This document shows, in pieces, positions 1 to 13,355 of a stretch of 64,000 bases of DNA; positions within the stretch are counted from its first letter, which is position 1; every line of letters starts with the position of its first letter. Made by a program: the position numbers and the translations under genes. Origin of the DNA: Camelus ferus (taxonomy: Eukaryota); the NCBI RefSeq assembly GCF_009834535.1, contig NC_045696.1, positions 118,298,001 through 118,362,000 on the forward strand, read 5' to 3'. Under the pieces are notes generated by a model, which was given only the letters and a program-made list of their open reading frames with translations, was not told the DNA's origin and did no database searches.

Positions 1-705
1 CTGCCACATGAGCAAAGCTGGTTCCTTTTGAAGTCACTAATCAATTACATTGACAGTTTCATATGGAGTATAATATGTCTTCACATTATGCATTATTGAG
101 TAATTTTTTAAATTTGTTACACTAAGAGCTTAACATACCTTAGATTCTTGTGCATTATCAGTCATAGTTATTAACATTTTATTTACAGTACACACGTGAA
201 AATGTTATATAATTTAATAAGAGTGGCCTCAACAAATGAACAAAGTTCAATTTTCCTTGTTTTTTTTTTTTTTTTTTTCGAAATACACCTCCCCTCAGGG
301 GTAAAAGATGATAGCCTCAGTTTACGAACAATCGTGTACTTTATTTCCACTCAGCAGGGTCCTTGGTGGCTTTTGGATTTTTGTCAGGATGTTTCATTTT
401 TCTGCCATTTGGTAGCTGATGATTTCCAGTAGGAAGATTGTTCATTTGTTTATTACTGTACTTCTTTGCAGCTCCTTTTTAAAGGATAATTGAAAAATCA
501 CTTCTGGCGGGGCTAGGTCTGTCCGTTTGTGTAGTGTATTTTGGTCTTCCCCATCAGAAATCAGATAACAGCTCTGGAAGAGCAACTCTTTCCTGCCTTT
601 TGAGAAATCACCCTTTAAGAGTTTTGGTCTCGTTTAATCCTGGAGCTCCTACAGTGGACACACCACATATTTTCCCATAAATACCCATCTTCATTTATCT
701 ACTGG

Positions 706-850
706 TAGGGTTGTCAGATACAATACAGGATACACAATTCAATTTGAATTTCAGATGAATAATGAATACTTTTTAGTATAAATATATTCCAGATATTACT
801 TTTGTTGTATTTCTGAAATTTTAAATTAACTGGGCATCTGTATTTTTATT
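706..850 (+). mobile_element. MER53 (palindromic hAT-type MITE), centrally deleted and right-truncated
   Basis: Starts tagggttgtcagatacaatacagga..., contains aatttgaatttcagat and its inverted partner tctgaaatt...taactgggcatctgtattt, matching the remembered MER53 consensus. Confidence 0.8.
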
Positions 851-907
851 TTATTTTATTTTATTTTATTTTATTTTATTTTATTTTATTTTATTTTATT
901 TTATTTT
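844..907. repeat. (TTTTA)n microsatellite, about 12 copies
   Basis: Directly visible perfect pentamer run. Confidence 0.95.
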
Positions 908-1949
908 AATGAATTATTTCAATTAATTAATGAATTAATACTAATACGATACTGATACTAATACCTATTTCCTGGGCTTTTTTTCTCACTAAACTTTGAG
1001 CCCCTTGAATGAAGGGGGTGATCATACCGTGATTAATCTGTACCTAGTTTCCGTGTCCCCATGCCTGTCTCGTGATTGTTACTGACTGAAAGAATGAGCT
1101 CTCTAATCAGCTATAAGTTACTTCATCTGAGTATTTATAAAGCAACTTCGCTCAACTGACTTTGCCCTTTTATGTGAATTGAATTCATTGAAAAAAAATA
1201 ATGTTTCAGTGGATAGTTGAAGATCTCAACCTTAATTAAAAAAATTCCGTCCCCCCTTCTCTTCCACATCTTTCTTCCCCTTCTCTTTCCAGCTCTTACT
1301 GTAATTAGCTGGCATTAACAGCAAATGTTTGCTTTAGTTAAATTATTCAGAACATTTATTTTACTTGTCAAAGGTTAGATCAGGTTGTTGTTTGAACTGG
1401 TAATTAAATGCAGTCTGATATGCTCTCATATTTATATGCACTATAAGCCTGGTTCCTCATCATTCTGTATAATTTTATAATGTTCAAGGCTGACATTTTA
1501 AAAAGGTTTTTGATTTCATGGGAAAGAAAACATTCTGAGTAATCTAGTTTGTTATCTGTTGTGAGAATGTCCAAAGTTATGGTTGAAAGTGAGTATCACC
1601 TTTCAGGGCTGTTGTAACATACAGCATCACAGGGGTAATTTTCACCAGGCAGTATACAGAATTAAGCTCACTGCTTATTGAATTTGCGTTTGATACGAGG
1701 ATCAGTGCTGGAGTACTTGGCCCCTAATAGGTGTTCAGTATGTAGTTGTTAAATGAGAGATTTTGGTCATATCAAACAGTGGGGCATAGCTAAGCTCTTG
1801 TAGTGCAGCGTAATTTAAGGCAGTGTTTGTTCCTGTGACATACTCCAACGCTCTTCTAAGTCATTTCAGTTTGTGTGCTTGTTTGTTACGGGCAAGCGTA
1901 ACTGAATTAATCCTCATATCTGGGAATTATACTCATGTCTTGGGTTTTG

Positions 1950-2260
1950 TCAGTTCATTGAATAAACGATTTTTGCAAGTGCTTGTGTATTAGTACCTTG
2001 GAATATAGATAAATCACATCCTGTGTCCTTAGAAAGAGAACAGGTTAGTGGAAAACCAACCGTTACACTAAGGAATGGTTCCTGTTAGTGTGGTGTTGTA
2101 CACAAGGTAAATGGGCATCTGAAGCAGTCAGGGAAGGAACTTCGAGGGAAGGTGAATTTTGAGCTGCATCTTAAGGATGGGGCAGAGGGGTCACATGTAT
2201 GGAAATTCGGAGGGACGTGGTTTGGTGTAGCTGGAGGAAGAGTAAGTATGGAGACACCAC
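1950..2260 (-). mobile_element. L2 LINE 3' fragment
   Basis: ttcattgaataaacgattttt... start and gaggtgaattttgagctgcatcttaagga-type motif, typical of reverse-strand L2. Confidence 0.6.
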
Positions 2261-2289
2261 AGCAGGTGTTCCCTCCTCTATACCTAGAG

Positions 2290-2520
2290 TTATTTAGTGG
2301 CTGCCACTGCCCTTAAGAAACAACTCAGGATCTTAAGTGTGGTCCCTAAGTCCTGCCTCCATCTCCTTCCTGAGCCTGATTTCAGCCTGCTGAGCCCGAC
2401 TCCCTGTGACTTCAAATGGAACCTGCACCTCCTGTCTCTCTCTTGCTGAGCCCTTGCACAGATGTCTCCTCTGCCAGGAGGGCCCTTCCTCCCCTCCCCC
2501 AGTTCATTCTTACTCTCTCT
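2290..2520 (+). mobile_element. L2 LINE fragment
   Basis: tagtggctgccactgcccttaag... cccttgcacagatgtctcctctgccagga, an L2 3' region pattern. Confidence 0.55.
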
Positions 2521-3999
2521 TTTACAGTCTCCACCACTTGTATTTAGCTGCAGTATCAGGATAACCTTAAAAAGATGTCATACATCTGCTATCTTATAAA
2601 AATGTCTAATGTCGATCATTAATGTCAGTAAACTACAACAGAGAACCTTGTTTCCACTGTAGTTTTTGGTATGTTTTCCCACACATGATCTTATTTAATT
2701 CTCGTGTTTGTCATGAGATAGGTATTACATGAAATTAACAAATAGATAAAGTTTGTCTTTCATTACAAAGTGCCATCTTTTATGTAGAATTTAATTCTTC
2801 TGAAGAGAAAATAGATAATTGAAATAAAAGTAAAAACATCTTTCAAAACAAGAGTAGATACAGAGTTAGTCATATAGCATACCTTCTTTGTGTTTGTGTA
2901 TGTGTAATTTTAATAAAATTGACTTAAAAGATTAGCCATAAGATATCATCTACTTGATGTCAAATATAAACCAGATGTTATTCTAAAACACTTTCAAACT
3001 CTACTTTTATCATTGAAACGCTGTTCCGTTTTTTGTAATATACATAAAGATTCTTGGAAATTCCAGTGGTTAACTTTTTTCATGAACTCCATTAATTTGA
3101 TTAATCACTGTCATGGGTTAATGACATGTTTGCATCATTGGCTTGTGCCTGGTCCTTTTATTGTTTATTTATGGATGGTTAACTTTGTAAAGCTTGCATA
3201 TCACATAACCATCAATAATATGTTACTGGTTTCTCAGAAGTTTCTCAAAATCTAAGCATTTACAGTTGAAATGCAAGGGCCTATGACAGTTTTCACCCAC
3301 TGTAGTGGTATATTTAGGAGCGAAACTTCTGGTTCCAGCCGTGAACCAGATGTGAGTTATTTTTTCATGTAAGTAGATGGGGTTGACTCACAGAGCACAG
3401 ATCACAGGTTGGGTAAAATGCACAGATTTCTTGCTGCCTTTGGTCTTCCCTGGTTTCCGTGGGAAAGGGGAGGATTTCTAACCAATGGGCAAGGTTCAAG
3501 ATAACAGTTGACCCGTTTAGAGCGTGGCGAGTACAGATGGCAGAAATGTGTGTGTGCGTGAGGGGGCATCTGAGAGCCTGTGGGTCTGTAGGGAACTTGG
3601 GCTCTCTTCTCCCACCTTGTGTTTCTGAGCGAGTACTGAGCAGCCCCACAGAGCATGTGTTGAACTGCCACAGGCTCTCCCAGGAGAGGGCCCGGGGTCT
3701 AAGGCTAACTCTCACCTAGAGGGACAGGTCCTTGCTTCTTTAAAGTAATTATTACTAGATGATCTTAATTTCCTAATTTGTAGTCTGTTTTTTGGAATCT
3801 GTCTTCTCAAATATCTTTAATTCTAATTACTTACATGTATTTTATGCTAATATATGTCCCTGACATGTACCTACGAATTCTTGAAAACTTGATTTAAATT
3901 AATAACTAACTTGGATTCAGTTAGATCTCTCTCATTGTGCCTTATTGGATTCTTTCAAACTGTCCTCTGAAATGCCATAAATAAAAACATAGTGATACC

Positions 4000-4720
4000 T
4001 TCCAGATACGGGAGATACAGAAGTAAATAAAATAGGTAAAGCTTTTGCAGTCATAGAATTATAATAGAGTGATGCCTGGTAAGGAAAATACAAACAAATT
4101 TGGAGCATGTCAGCTGGGGATAAATGTCGTCAGTGAAGATGGGTAACAAAGTGAGAGGAGGGGAGGGTGTGTGCTGAGTGTGGCCCTGTGATCATGGGGA
4201 CCTAACAGATCAGGTGGCATTTGAGCCTGGACTGTGGAAGGCGGTGGAGGGGAGAGTCCTCTCCGTGGATGGGTGTCTAAGGGGAAGTGTTTTGGAACTA
4301 AGGGAAGGACAAAGGCCCCCTGTGCCAAGAACTTGCTTAGCACCTTTGAGGAACTCTAAAGAGGCCCTTAGGGCTGGAGGGCTTGAGCAGGAAGGGCGGG
4401 GGGATGGAAGATCAAAGCTGAAGCTCCGGCAGGATCCTGTGGAGTCTTGTGAAGATATTTTATTTTATCCTGAGTGAGATGAGAAACTGCTGGAAAGTTT
4501 TCAACAGAGGTGAGACATGAGCTGAGCTAACTTATAAATGGATCACACAAGTGAGATTGTAGATGGCCAGGTTGGAAACAAGGAGACATACTGGAGAGAA
4601 TTAAATAGTCCAGGCTGGGGTTGGCTGTGGCCCGGATCAGGGGGACTGTGGTACAGAATGGCCTAATTCTTGATTTCACTTTGAAGGTAGAAGCAGCACG
4701 ATTTGCCAGTGGATTAGATA
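4000..4720 (-). mobile_element. L2 LINE fragment
   Basis: Purine-rich reverse-strand L2 motifs (ttttatcctgagtgagatgagaaactgctggaaag; ttgaaggtagaagcagcacgatttgccagtggattaga). Confidence 0.7.
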
Positions 4721-4994
4721 GGCTCCAGGAAAAGCTTTCTGCGCTGACCTGAACTTGAGCAGGTATGTCAGTGATACTAAGGGCAGAGTGTCGCAGCAGA
4801 GGAAGTAGGAATGTGCAGACCTGAAGTGGCGATGAGCTGTGTTTTTGTTCAAGGACCAGGAAAAAGTCCAGTGTGGCCAGAGCGCAGGGCAGAGAGGAGG
4901 GTAGGATCAGAGCGCTAGGCCTGGATTTAAAAGAATTTGGATTTACAATGGAAAGAAGTCATGTTGAATGGTACATAGTAATGGACTGGAGGAG

Positions 4995-5460
4995 GTGGAT
5001 ATGTTCGGCTGTGAAATCTGGCACTAATAGGAAATCTCAGTTGGGTTACACAGTAAGGTTTCTGTTACTACATACAGCAAGGTGGCTAGAGGTGGGATGA
5101 ATCTAGTCTGGGTCATCCACCGCAGTTAAGAGTATACATCTTTGTAATTGGGAGAAAAACCTCTAGAAGCCCTTGGGCAACTTCCATTCACATGGAATGG
5201 CTCATCCCAGCCAATCTGGCACAAGAAATGGGGCCATGATGATTGGCTTAAAGCAGTTGTAACTCACCCCCTGGGTCCCTCTAGAAGCCCTTGGGCAACT
5301 TCCATTCACATGGTATGATGCATCCCAACCAACATGGCACAAGAAATGGGACTGGCTTAGACCAACTGTAACTCACCCACTGGGTTCCTCTCCAGGAGCA
5401 CATGGCTGGAACAAAATTTGAATTTTGTTGCAAAGGCAATCAACAGTGTTGACAACAGCC
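4995..5460 (-). mobile_element. Ancient MaLR (MLT1J/K-like) LTR fragment containing an internal tandem duplication
   Basis: tgattggcttaaagcag...ctggg...ggctggaacaaaatttgaattttgttgcaaagg motifs typical of old MLT1 LTRs. Confidence 0.5.
5160..5391. repeat. Two-copy tandem duplication, period 118 bp
   Basis: cctctagaagcccttgggcaacttccattcacatgg at 5160 and 5278. Both copies continue to ...tgtaactcaccc.ctgggt.cctct. Confidence 0.95.
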
Positions 5461-6290
5461 AGGAAGAATGGAAGCTGGGAGACCCATTGGGGAGGGCGTT
5501 GCAAGAGTTTAAGTGAGAGTTGAAAGCTACGTTAGGAGTGGTCACACTACAGAGGAAATGTAAAAACTTGAATACAAAAATTTTACTTTCTACTGAAGTT
5601 TCCCATTACATACCTTCTCTCCATAAGAAAAATCTATACTAATGCTGTTGACAAAAACGCAGAACAAACTTAGTTCTTCATTTTCTAGTTACTGGCATCT
5701 GTTGCTTCATTGTGGTGCGGCACACGAAGGACTCTGCTGTGGAAGAGCAGGGACAGTCACTCGTGGCATCAGTCCCCAAGGGGAAAGCTGGCTGTTCCAA
5801 TTCTGTATAGGATTTAGAAAAGTGAATAGGAAAGGCCCTATTAGGAGGGAAGGAAGTACGAATGAAACTGTGGAGGGATGAAAGTGCAAATGTTGTTATG
5901 TAAGCTACTTTGAAGCCACTTTGGCTGTAGAGGACCAGGTGATGCTCCTTAGTTGCTGGCCTGCCCTCAGTGATGTTACTTAGTACTGGAGTGGTTGGTG
6001 TAATGAAAATCATAGCATTTAGGATCTAAATAATTCACAATTTTGGCCATTTGATAGTGACTCCAAAGGTCCAGTGTGACTTATTCACAAATTATAATTT
6101 TGTGGAAGAATGTATAAACTATGCCTGCACTCACAGCTTATTTTCTTTTCTCACTGGACATGTGTTTATTCTTAGGATGATGATTTGGAGAACACCCATA
6201 CCATGTGGCTATAAAGTGTCTATTTAACTTACAATCCTAGATCTTCAAAAGCTTGTCTGGGAGAAAAGTAAACTAGAATGCTTTCCTTTA

Positions 6291-6605
6291 CAAGCATACC
6301 TCTTTTTATTGTGTTTTGCAGATATGGCATTATTTTTTGTTTTTGTTTTTATTTTTTTTAATGTATTTGAGGGTATATGGTGACCCTGTGTTGTCAGATG
6401 ATGTTTTAGCAATAAAGTATTTTTAATTAAGGTGTGTACATTTTTTAGATTTGCCATTATTGCACACTTAGTAGACTACAGTATAGTGTGAACATCACTT
6501 TTCAGTGCACTGGAAAACCGAAATATTCGTGAGACTCCTTATTGTGCCATTTGCTCTGTTGCAGTGGTCTGGAACCGGACCCGCAGTCTCTCTGCGGTGT
6601 ACCTG
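6291..6605 (+). mobile_element. Non-autonomous Tigger1 derivative (Tigger1a-like, Tc1/mariner)
   Basis: Terminal inverted repeats caagcatacctc / gcggtgtacctg with TA target duplications (6289-6290, 6606-6607). Interior has the Tigger1 3' motif cacttagtagactacagtatagtgt. Confidence 0.88.
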
Positions 6606-6711
6606 TACACTATACTATAGTCAACAATAAAGAAAACTATTTATCCTATAAATCCTGGTTTAATTTTTCTTAGACATTTATTAAGCCATTATTAAGTCAT
6701 TTGAGGTATTT

Positions 6712-6890
6712 TGGCCACTAATAGCTGTGTGACTGTGAATAAATTCCCCAACTTCTCTGTGGTTGCCTAACCAGAAAAAGGGATAATAAATAGTGTCTGT
6801 TGCATAGAGGGGTTGTGATGTTTAAAAGTAGAAGTGCCTGAACAGTGCCTACTTCCTAATCACTGCTGTGTTTTTGCTATTATTACTTAA
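6712..6890 (+). mobile_element. MIR SINE fragment
   Basis: ccactaatagctgtgtgact...aacttctctgtg...gggataataa...gggttgtga core. Confidence 0.75.
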
Positions 6891-9800
6891 TTAAAAATGC
6901 TGTTTTCATTAAAGTGTCTTTGGGTTTCTCAGCCGTACCACTTAAAAGGGGTAAGCATCAGATCCACGTGGAGTTTTAGAAGCATCTCCTCACAGTCACT
7001 CATATGCTTCTGAAAACACCTTAGGCCTCCCGGGCCTGCACCAAAGGGAAGTTTTTGACAAAAATGTTTGATTTGATTTGATGCCTGGGTGAAGAGTGGC
7101 CATTTATTTCTTTTCCTTGTTCTTAATCTCATCATCAGGTTAATATAATCGACCAAGTTATGACTGTTTCTTCTTTTCAGTATTGCTCGTTCTTTCTGAA
7201 CTCCTAATTGTTAGTTATAGTTCCCTTCATTTTATGAAAACCTAACTGCATAGTTTAAATGGCTAGAGGTGGTGTCCATATATATAAAGCAAGGCAGGGA
7301 CAGCTGGAAGTCTTTTTGTGTGGTTGTATAGTAACAAGTTTGGTCACTGGACTGAGCTGCTTTCCCAATCTTTGCTTCTTCAGCATGTGTTCAAGAGAGC
7401 CCCGAAACCATGTGAGGATACATCGTGGAGAAGTTTTTGTCAGACCACTTGATCTCTTCATATGCTCAGTTTTCTCCCGGTTTATATGGTCACAACTGCC
7501 ACCTTCTATTACTTTACAGCATTTGAATATTGAAAGGCCAAACAGATTCCTATTTCGCGGTATGAAACATTTAAGCCCACCTGTGAACCTTTCATATATT
7601 CTGCATAGTTCTGCATGGTTATGTAGGTTGTTCGTGAATCTAGTATTTTTATAGTTGATTGTTTACTCTGAAATTCTTGCTCTGATAGCCTGGAAATTAT
7701 AAGCATTAAATCTGTTTTAATTTTCTTTTGACGATGGTTCTCTGTGTAGACCCTTACTATAGTCCTGTACCTGTTTAATAGACAACACTTGAATAATACA
7801 ATTGTGTGCTTGGCAAAAATGAATTAGGGTTTCAGGATTTTACCAATGGGTGATATTTAATATTGAATGACATGTATTAAGATAAATGCTTTTATATATA
7901 ATTTATTTGGCATTGTAAATGCATTTATCTTGTGAGAAACAGACCCCCTGTTGTCAGATGAAGTATTCTGGAAAGGTTTGGAGTAAATAAATAATAAAAC
8001 TACTTTGATATACAATCTAACCAATATTAAATATTAAGACTTTCAGATGATTGATTTTAATACTTAATTAACTTTAAGTCCAATGTAGCACTCTTGCATT
8101 AAAGATTGACAGAATTTAAAAATGGAACTTCATCCTTTCTGTTTCCTGTCATTTCTCTTTTTCTTTCTTTTCTTCTTCCTTCTTTCCTACCTCCTTCTCT
8201 CCCTTATGATTAAGACTTTAAAACATCATTATTCCTGACCATCAAAATCTCTAGCTACCAATATTTCTAAATAAAAAATAGAGAGATTTTTTTTTTTGCC
8301 AATTCTATAGATAATGTTCCATTACTGTCTTAATTACGAAAACAGAGCTTCTTTCAATTTCATGCTTTTATAGCCAAGATGTCATATTTTAGGTTATATA
8401 CCCATCATGGAGAATGTGTGCTACCTGTAACAGTTAATTCATTTATGCTGTATCCTCTCCCCCTTTTATAACTGTGCTATGGAAACAGTTCATTTAAGCT
8501 CTTTGATATGCTTTTCTTATAGGAGCTATCTTTATGTAAAGTAATATTACTCTGTCATTTCAGTGTTTGACTTCTAAGTTTACCATCAGTCAAGAATTTA
8601 AATGAATGAAGTATGCTTATATGAGCTTTTCTGAATATGGATGTCTTTAGAAGAGACAATTCAGAATGCTAATTCCGTGCCTGTGTATTAGAAACCGTGT
8701 AAGAATGAATAGAAGTTGAGAAACATAGAACTTCAGATTCAGAGGGAATCACCTGTTTTTCTAGAGGTTTTGTTTATATGATAATTTCTTAAAAGAGAAA
8801 ATTTTATTCCACTAATCTGTTCTTTTGGCTATACACTGCTAATAATTTGAAATTTTCACTTACAGACTTGCTTGTATTGCTTCAGTTTACATGGAAAATA
8901 AATTGTTTTGAAATTTAATTTAACATACTTGAAAACTGTCTTCCAGGCTTTAGTGCTAAACTCTTACCCTTTCATTAAATATTAACTATTTTCACAAGAC
9001 TTCCCGTTTTTCAGACAGATTACTTTTAAGATTTAATACTGCAAAAACCAGATTTGTGAAGCTAATGCAACTGTCCTTATGATTAGTTTTGGATTTTAAA
9101 TGGCAGTTTCAGCCTAACGTGTCAATTCCTGTGACCAGGATATCAGTAAAACCATATTATTTAACCAACTTTGAGTTTTGTGAATTCTGAGTTTATAAGA
9201 AGCAGGAAACTTTTAACTGTTATTTATATGTAAGTATATGTAGTGTGGCAAATGAGGGGTATCCCTTTCTCAGGTCTTAGAAGGTATATTGCTGTGCTTT
9301 CCGAATTGGACAAAATAAGATCGCCTTTATTTTTTTAGAATTCTTTGCCATTTTTGTCAGTTCGGGCAAGTCTAGAGACAGCTTGGCATTATTTAAGAAA
9401 AACAAGTCTATCGGTTACGGATTTGAGGAGTCATTTACTAAGCTACATATTTTTGGTCATTATATATTTTTATATATGTATATACCTAGCATCTATGTAG
9501 GGAAGATTGAGACCTATCAAGTACACCGACATAAGATGCAGTGGTCTTTTCTGAGTTTCAAAGTGTTTATGCCATTTTGACTTTTATAGTCGTTATCTTA
9601 AAAATCTCCAGACTAAGAAAATTGCCTTAATTCTTTATTTGATTTTTATTTAATGTTTTCTTGCAGTCTGATATTTATAGGTACAAAATTTATTCATAAT
9701 CGTGATTAAAATAAATACAGACACATTTGTTTAAAAACCTTTGCTGTCCTGCTTTTTAAAGGCATATATTTTCAGTGGTTGTTACAGTCAAAAACACAAA

Positions 9801-10689
9801 TTGGAAAGTTCTTAAGAGAATTACTTCATATTTGAAAGCCACATTATATTGTAATTTTGTAAGATAATCATCATAGCAGTAACCAACACAGTTAAGTATT
9901 TTTTATGTTCTAAAAAGCTAAAATAGCCCTTTGTATTTAAAATAAAAAAACCCCAGCACTTTCTTAAGTTACTTTTGAACTAGATTATTATTATATCTGT
10001 AATTGAAAGAAAAGGACATTATCCAAACTCTTTCTTCAACAATTTTCTTGAAAATAACTCATTATTACTGTTCAGCAAGTTTGCTTTATTTGAATATAAA
10101 GGCATTTCAGTGACTCAGTTTCAATCTATAGGCATAATAATTTAAAATATAGTAGATGCCTGATTCTATAGAATGGTTGTAAACTGGTGTATTTAGTAAA
10201 TTTTGTTTTCTGGTTATTAGGTATTACCACAGACATCTCAATTTCTAAAACATTATTATAAAAGCCAAAATCAGTGAATGATTTGATCTTAACTTTCTCT
10301 AAGGAATTTAAAAAGACCCTAAGCAACTATGAGCATCTTGAATGAATATTTGATCATCATGTTGTATTTTATTTTAGCTATAAAGAGGGGTTTTTTTAAT
10401 GTTGCTTTTTGAAATATGCTTTGATATCAGTTTGCTTGTTGCTTATTTCTCAAAAGTTTAAAATGTACAAAATCCCCTTATTTGTATATTGCAGGTATAG
10501 GAAGCAACAGTGGGAAGTATATACTATAAAAATGAGAAATTAATGATATGAAAACATAGTATAGAATGTTAAAGAAATTTTAAGGAAATTCAGCAGTTGA
10601 CTTGTAATACTCATTTTCAAATGTTTACCTTTGTATTTTTAAAGAGTATGACAAAATGTATGGAGACTATGAATTTTACATTAAAATAG

Positions 10690-11215
10690 TTGTCCATGGC
10701 CAGATACAATTTGGACATGTGTTTAATCAGTTCCACCCACTTTTTTTTTTTAATAAATTATTTGCCAACTCTCAGAACTAAAGAGATTTCACATAAAATT
10801 TTGGGTTTCTAGCTTTTCTTGAAAATGTTGAAGCAGAGAAGAGGATGTTGCAGTTCACAGACCTCCTCCCCTTAAACCCCCTTAGTGTACACCTTGTCTG
10901 TTTGACTTAATGAGAGCCACGTGGATAGTGGGGTAGAGTGGGAGCTCTGGAGCCAGGTAGGGTGGGTGCTGGCTTCAACACCTACTGGTTGTGTGGTTGT
11001 AAACACATTACTTCATCTCTCTGCACCTCAGTTTTCTCTTGGTAAAATGAAAATGACAATGAAGGTACATCACAGGGTTGTTGGGAGGATGAAGTGATGA
11101 GTGAACCTGAACTGGTTAGAGTAGTTTTTGTCATGTATTCATTGCTCAGACGAAGTTAACTGTAGCTAATAATGCTTCTCGCCTGACCCCTTTAGGTGTT
11201 TGAGTTTGGTGATCT
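10690..11215 (+). mobile_element. MER102-like hAT element, split by a MIR (about 10690-10910 and 11173-11215)
   Basis: gagatttcacataaaattttgggtttctagcttttcttgaaaa internal motif, and the 3' end gcctgacccctttaggtgtttgagtttggtga after the MIR. Confidence 0.65.
10912..11172 (+). mobile_element. Near full-length MIR SINE
   Basis: gctctggagccag head, ttacttcatctctctgcacctcagttttctc core, cacagggttgttgggaggat tail. Confidence 0.85.
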
Positions 11216-12039
11216 TTACTTCTCCGTAGTAAAGGACTTTGTTTTTCAATCTGTTCATTCATTTGGTCAGCAGAATTGATCAGATCTGTTTTATAATTGA
11301 TTATCTGCATTTTGCTATCCTCTACTAGATTACATTCCCGAGAGTTCCTTCTGTATAATTAGCGCTCCATATATGTACACTGATTTGTACACAGAAGAAG
11401 CAAGAACTGACAACTGTTTAGATTTATGAACTTAGGATTTATGGCTTTTGAAATTCTTACTGTCTGTTGGCAGTGAAAGTTCTGTTTTCCTAAGTGCTGA
11501 TTTTGCCTAACCCTCCGCTTCTCTTGCCATGATCTGAGGGGGAAAGGATTTGTTAACATCTGACTGCGAGTTGGGGTGGGTGAGAGTTGGAGGGGTCTGA
11601 TAAAAATCAGAAAATGTTCAAGAGTGATTTTAAGAAGGGAGAGTTTTAGAAAGAAAGTAAACAGGATAAAGGAGGATTTTGTGTTGGGACAAGAATTTGT
11701 GTATTCACGGGCTTCTCTGGAACTTTCCTCCATTAGTGGAGATTACATCCTGCAAAATTATATACTCATTTTGGTTGGACTTGCTTTTCCAACTTAGCAT
11801 TCCACATTTCCCCTGCCTATCATGTCCCCCTGCTCTTGAAATTTGAAAGATTATATTACTTACATTATTTTGGATGAAAATTAGTGAACCCAGTATATTT
11901 TTTAGAAGATTCTGATTTGGGAATGTCACTTGTACCTTATAGACATGTAAAAATTATAAGTAGTGTAGTTTGGAAGTTCAAAAACAATTTAATTTCTAAA
12001 ACATCTTGTGTTTAAATTGGAATTCTTTGCAGAAAATTG

Positions 12040-12940
12040 AGAAGGAAAACCCTTCAAAACAATAAAAGAAGACATAGGTAATTATTTACATAATCTTGCC
12101 TTTGTAAGCATAATACGAGAGGCAGAATCCATAAAGGAGATACAGATATATTTGGGTACATAAAAATGAAAAAGTTACTATGCCCACAAAAACTATATAT
12201 AATTTGGAGACAGACACACTCAGAGAAAGATATATATATGCTTATGACAAAGGTTTAATATACTTAATATTTAAAGCATGCTTACAAATCCTGAAGACAA
12301 TCATAATAATAAACTGTATACACAAAAGACAGTAACAAATGTCAGGGAAAACATATGAAGTCTTCAGTAATCTCACTAGTTATCAAGCAAATGCAATATA
12401 AAACTTTATCATATTGGTTCAGTAAAAAGAGAGGAGTTACTCATTCTCACCGTTGAGAAGGGTCCAGAGGAAATGAATTGTTCTATTATATGAAAATCTT
12501 TCTAGAGCATAATTTGCCAAAACTTACCACGAAATATTATTTTTTATAATACATATTTTGGTCCAGCAATTATGCTTATAGGAATTTATCCTAAGGAAAC
12601 AGTCATGGGTACAACACATATTACTGAAAGATACTCATTATGAGGCTGTTTATAGTGTTAAGTAACCAAAAGCATCCTGTTTACTAATAAGGAATTGGTT
12701 ACATCGGTTGTTACAGTGATATAATGCTACGAATCCATTAGAAGTGATCACACAGACTTTTTTATGGGAAGGAAAATACGATAACTCATATAGTCAGTGT
12801 ATTTAGCATGGTGGATCACATTAAAACTCTCTGTATTTTAAATACCCAGAACAAAGACAGGAAGAATATGCATAATAAACTAAAATGTTAACAGTGGTGC
12901 TTTTTGCTAATACAATTATGAATGACTTTCGTTTGCTATA
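12040..12940 (+). mobile_element. Ancient L1 (L1ME/L1MC-type) 3' region, highly decayed
   Basis: A-rich, with ccagcaattatgcttataggaatttatcctaagga and aaaatgttaacagtggt motifs. Confidence 0.7.
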
Positions 12941-13316
12941 TTTTCTATATTTTGAAAGTTCCTGTTATAATTGTTATTTGGGCAGTAAAATAAAGGATGT
13001 TATAAATGCAACAGTAATTTAACTTTAAATTCGACATTTTGTACAGAAGTTTATTGAAAAATAAATGTAATTGAACATTGAGGTAAAGGTTACCAGTGAA
13101 GTTCAGCTTTGGCGAGAAATTGTTGAAATGGAAATTTTGTGCCACTTTTTCATTTCTTTCCCTGTGCCTGCCATTGTGTGCTGACAGTCCCTGGAGCCTG
13201 TGGGAAACGTGTTACTGTTTGTAATGCTCATTTAATCATTTCAGTTTTGCATTTATGCCCAGTCATAGCAGAAAGAAAAAAATTTATCATTTTTCTCCAT
13301 GTTTTTCATCTCCCAG

Positions 13317-13355
13317 GTAGCCACTTTTGGTGACATTCATTGTCCAGTTCTCATA
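13317..13355 (+). other. TBC1D5: 5' UTR part of the TBC1D5 first coding exon
   Basis: Polypyrimidine tract ttttctccatgtttttcatctcc followed by CAG (13314-13316), the first AG after the tract. No upstream ATG inside the exon. Confidence 0.8.

Noticed and set aside
3365..3719. Three overlapping ORFs (86-116 aa)
   Set aside because: No recognisable protein similarity or exon structure; expected in a locally GC-richer stretch.
5160..5391. Direct repeats as a CRISPR-like array
   Set aside because: Only two adjacent copies without spacers, in a mammalian intron; this is a simple tandem duplication.
7259..7654. 131-aa ORF with a nearby TATATAAAG
   Set aside because: No recognisable domain, the TATA-like motif lies inside the ORF, and there is no other promoter evidence.
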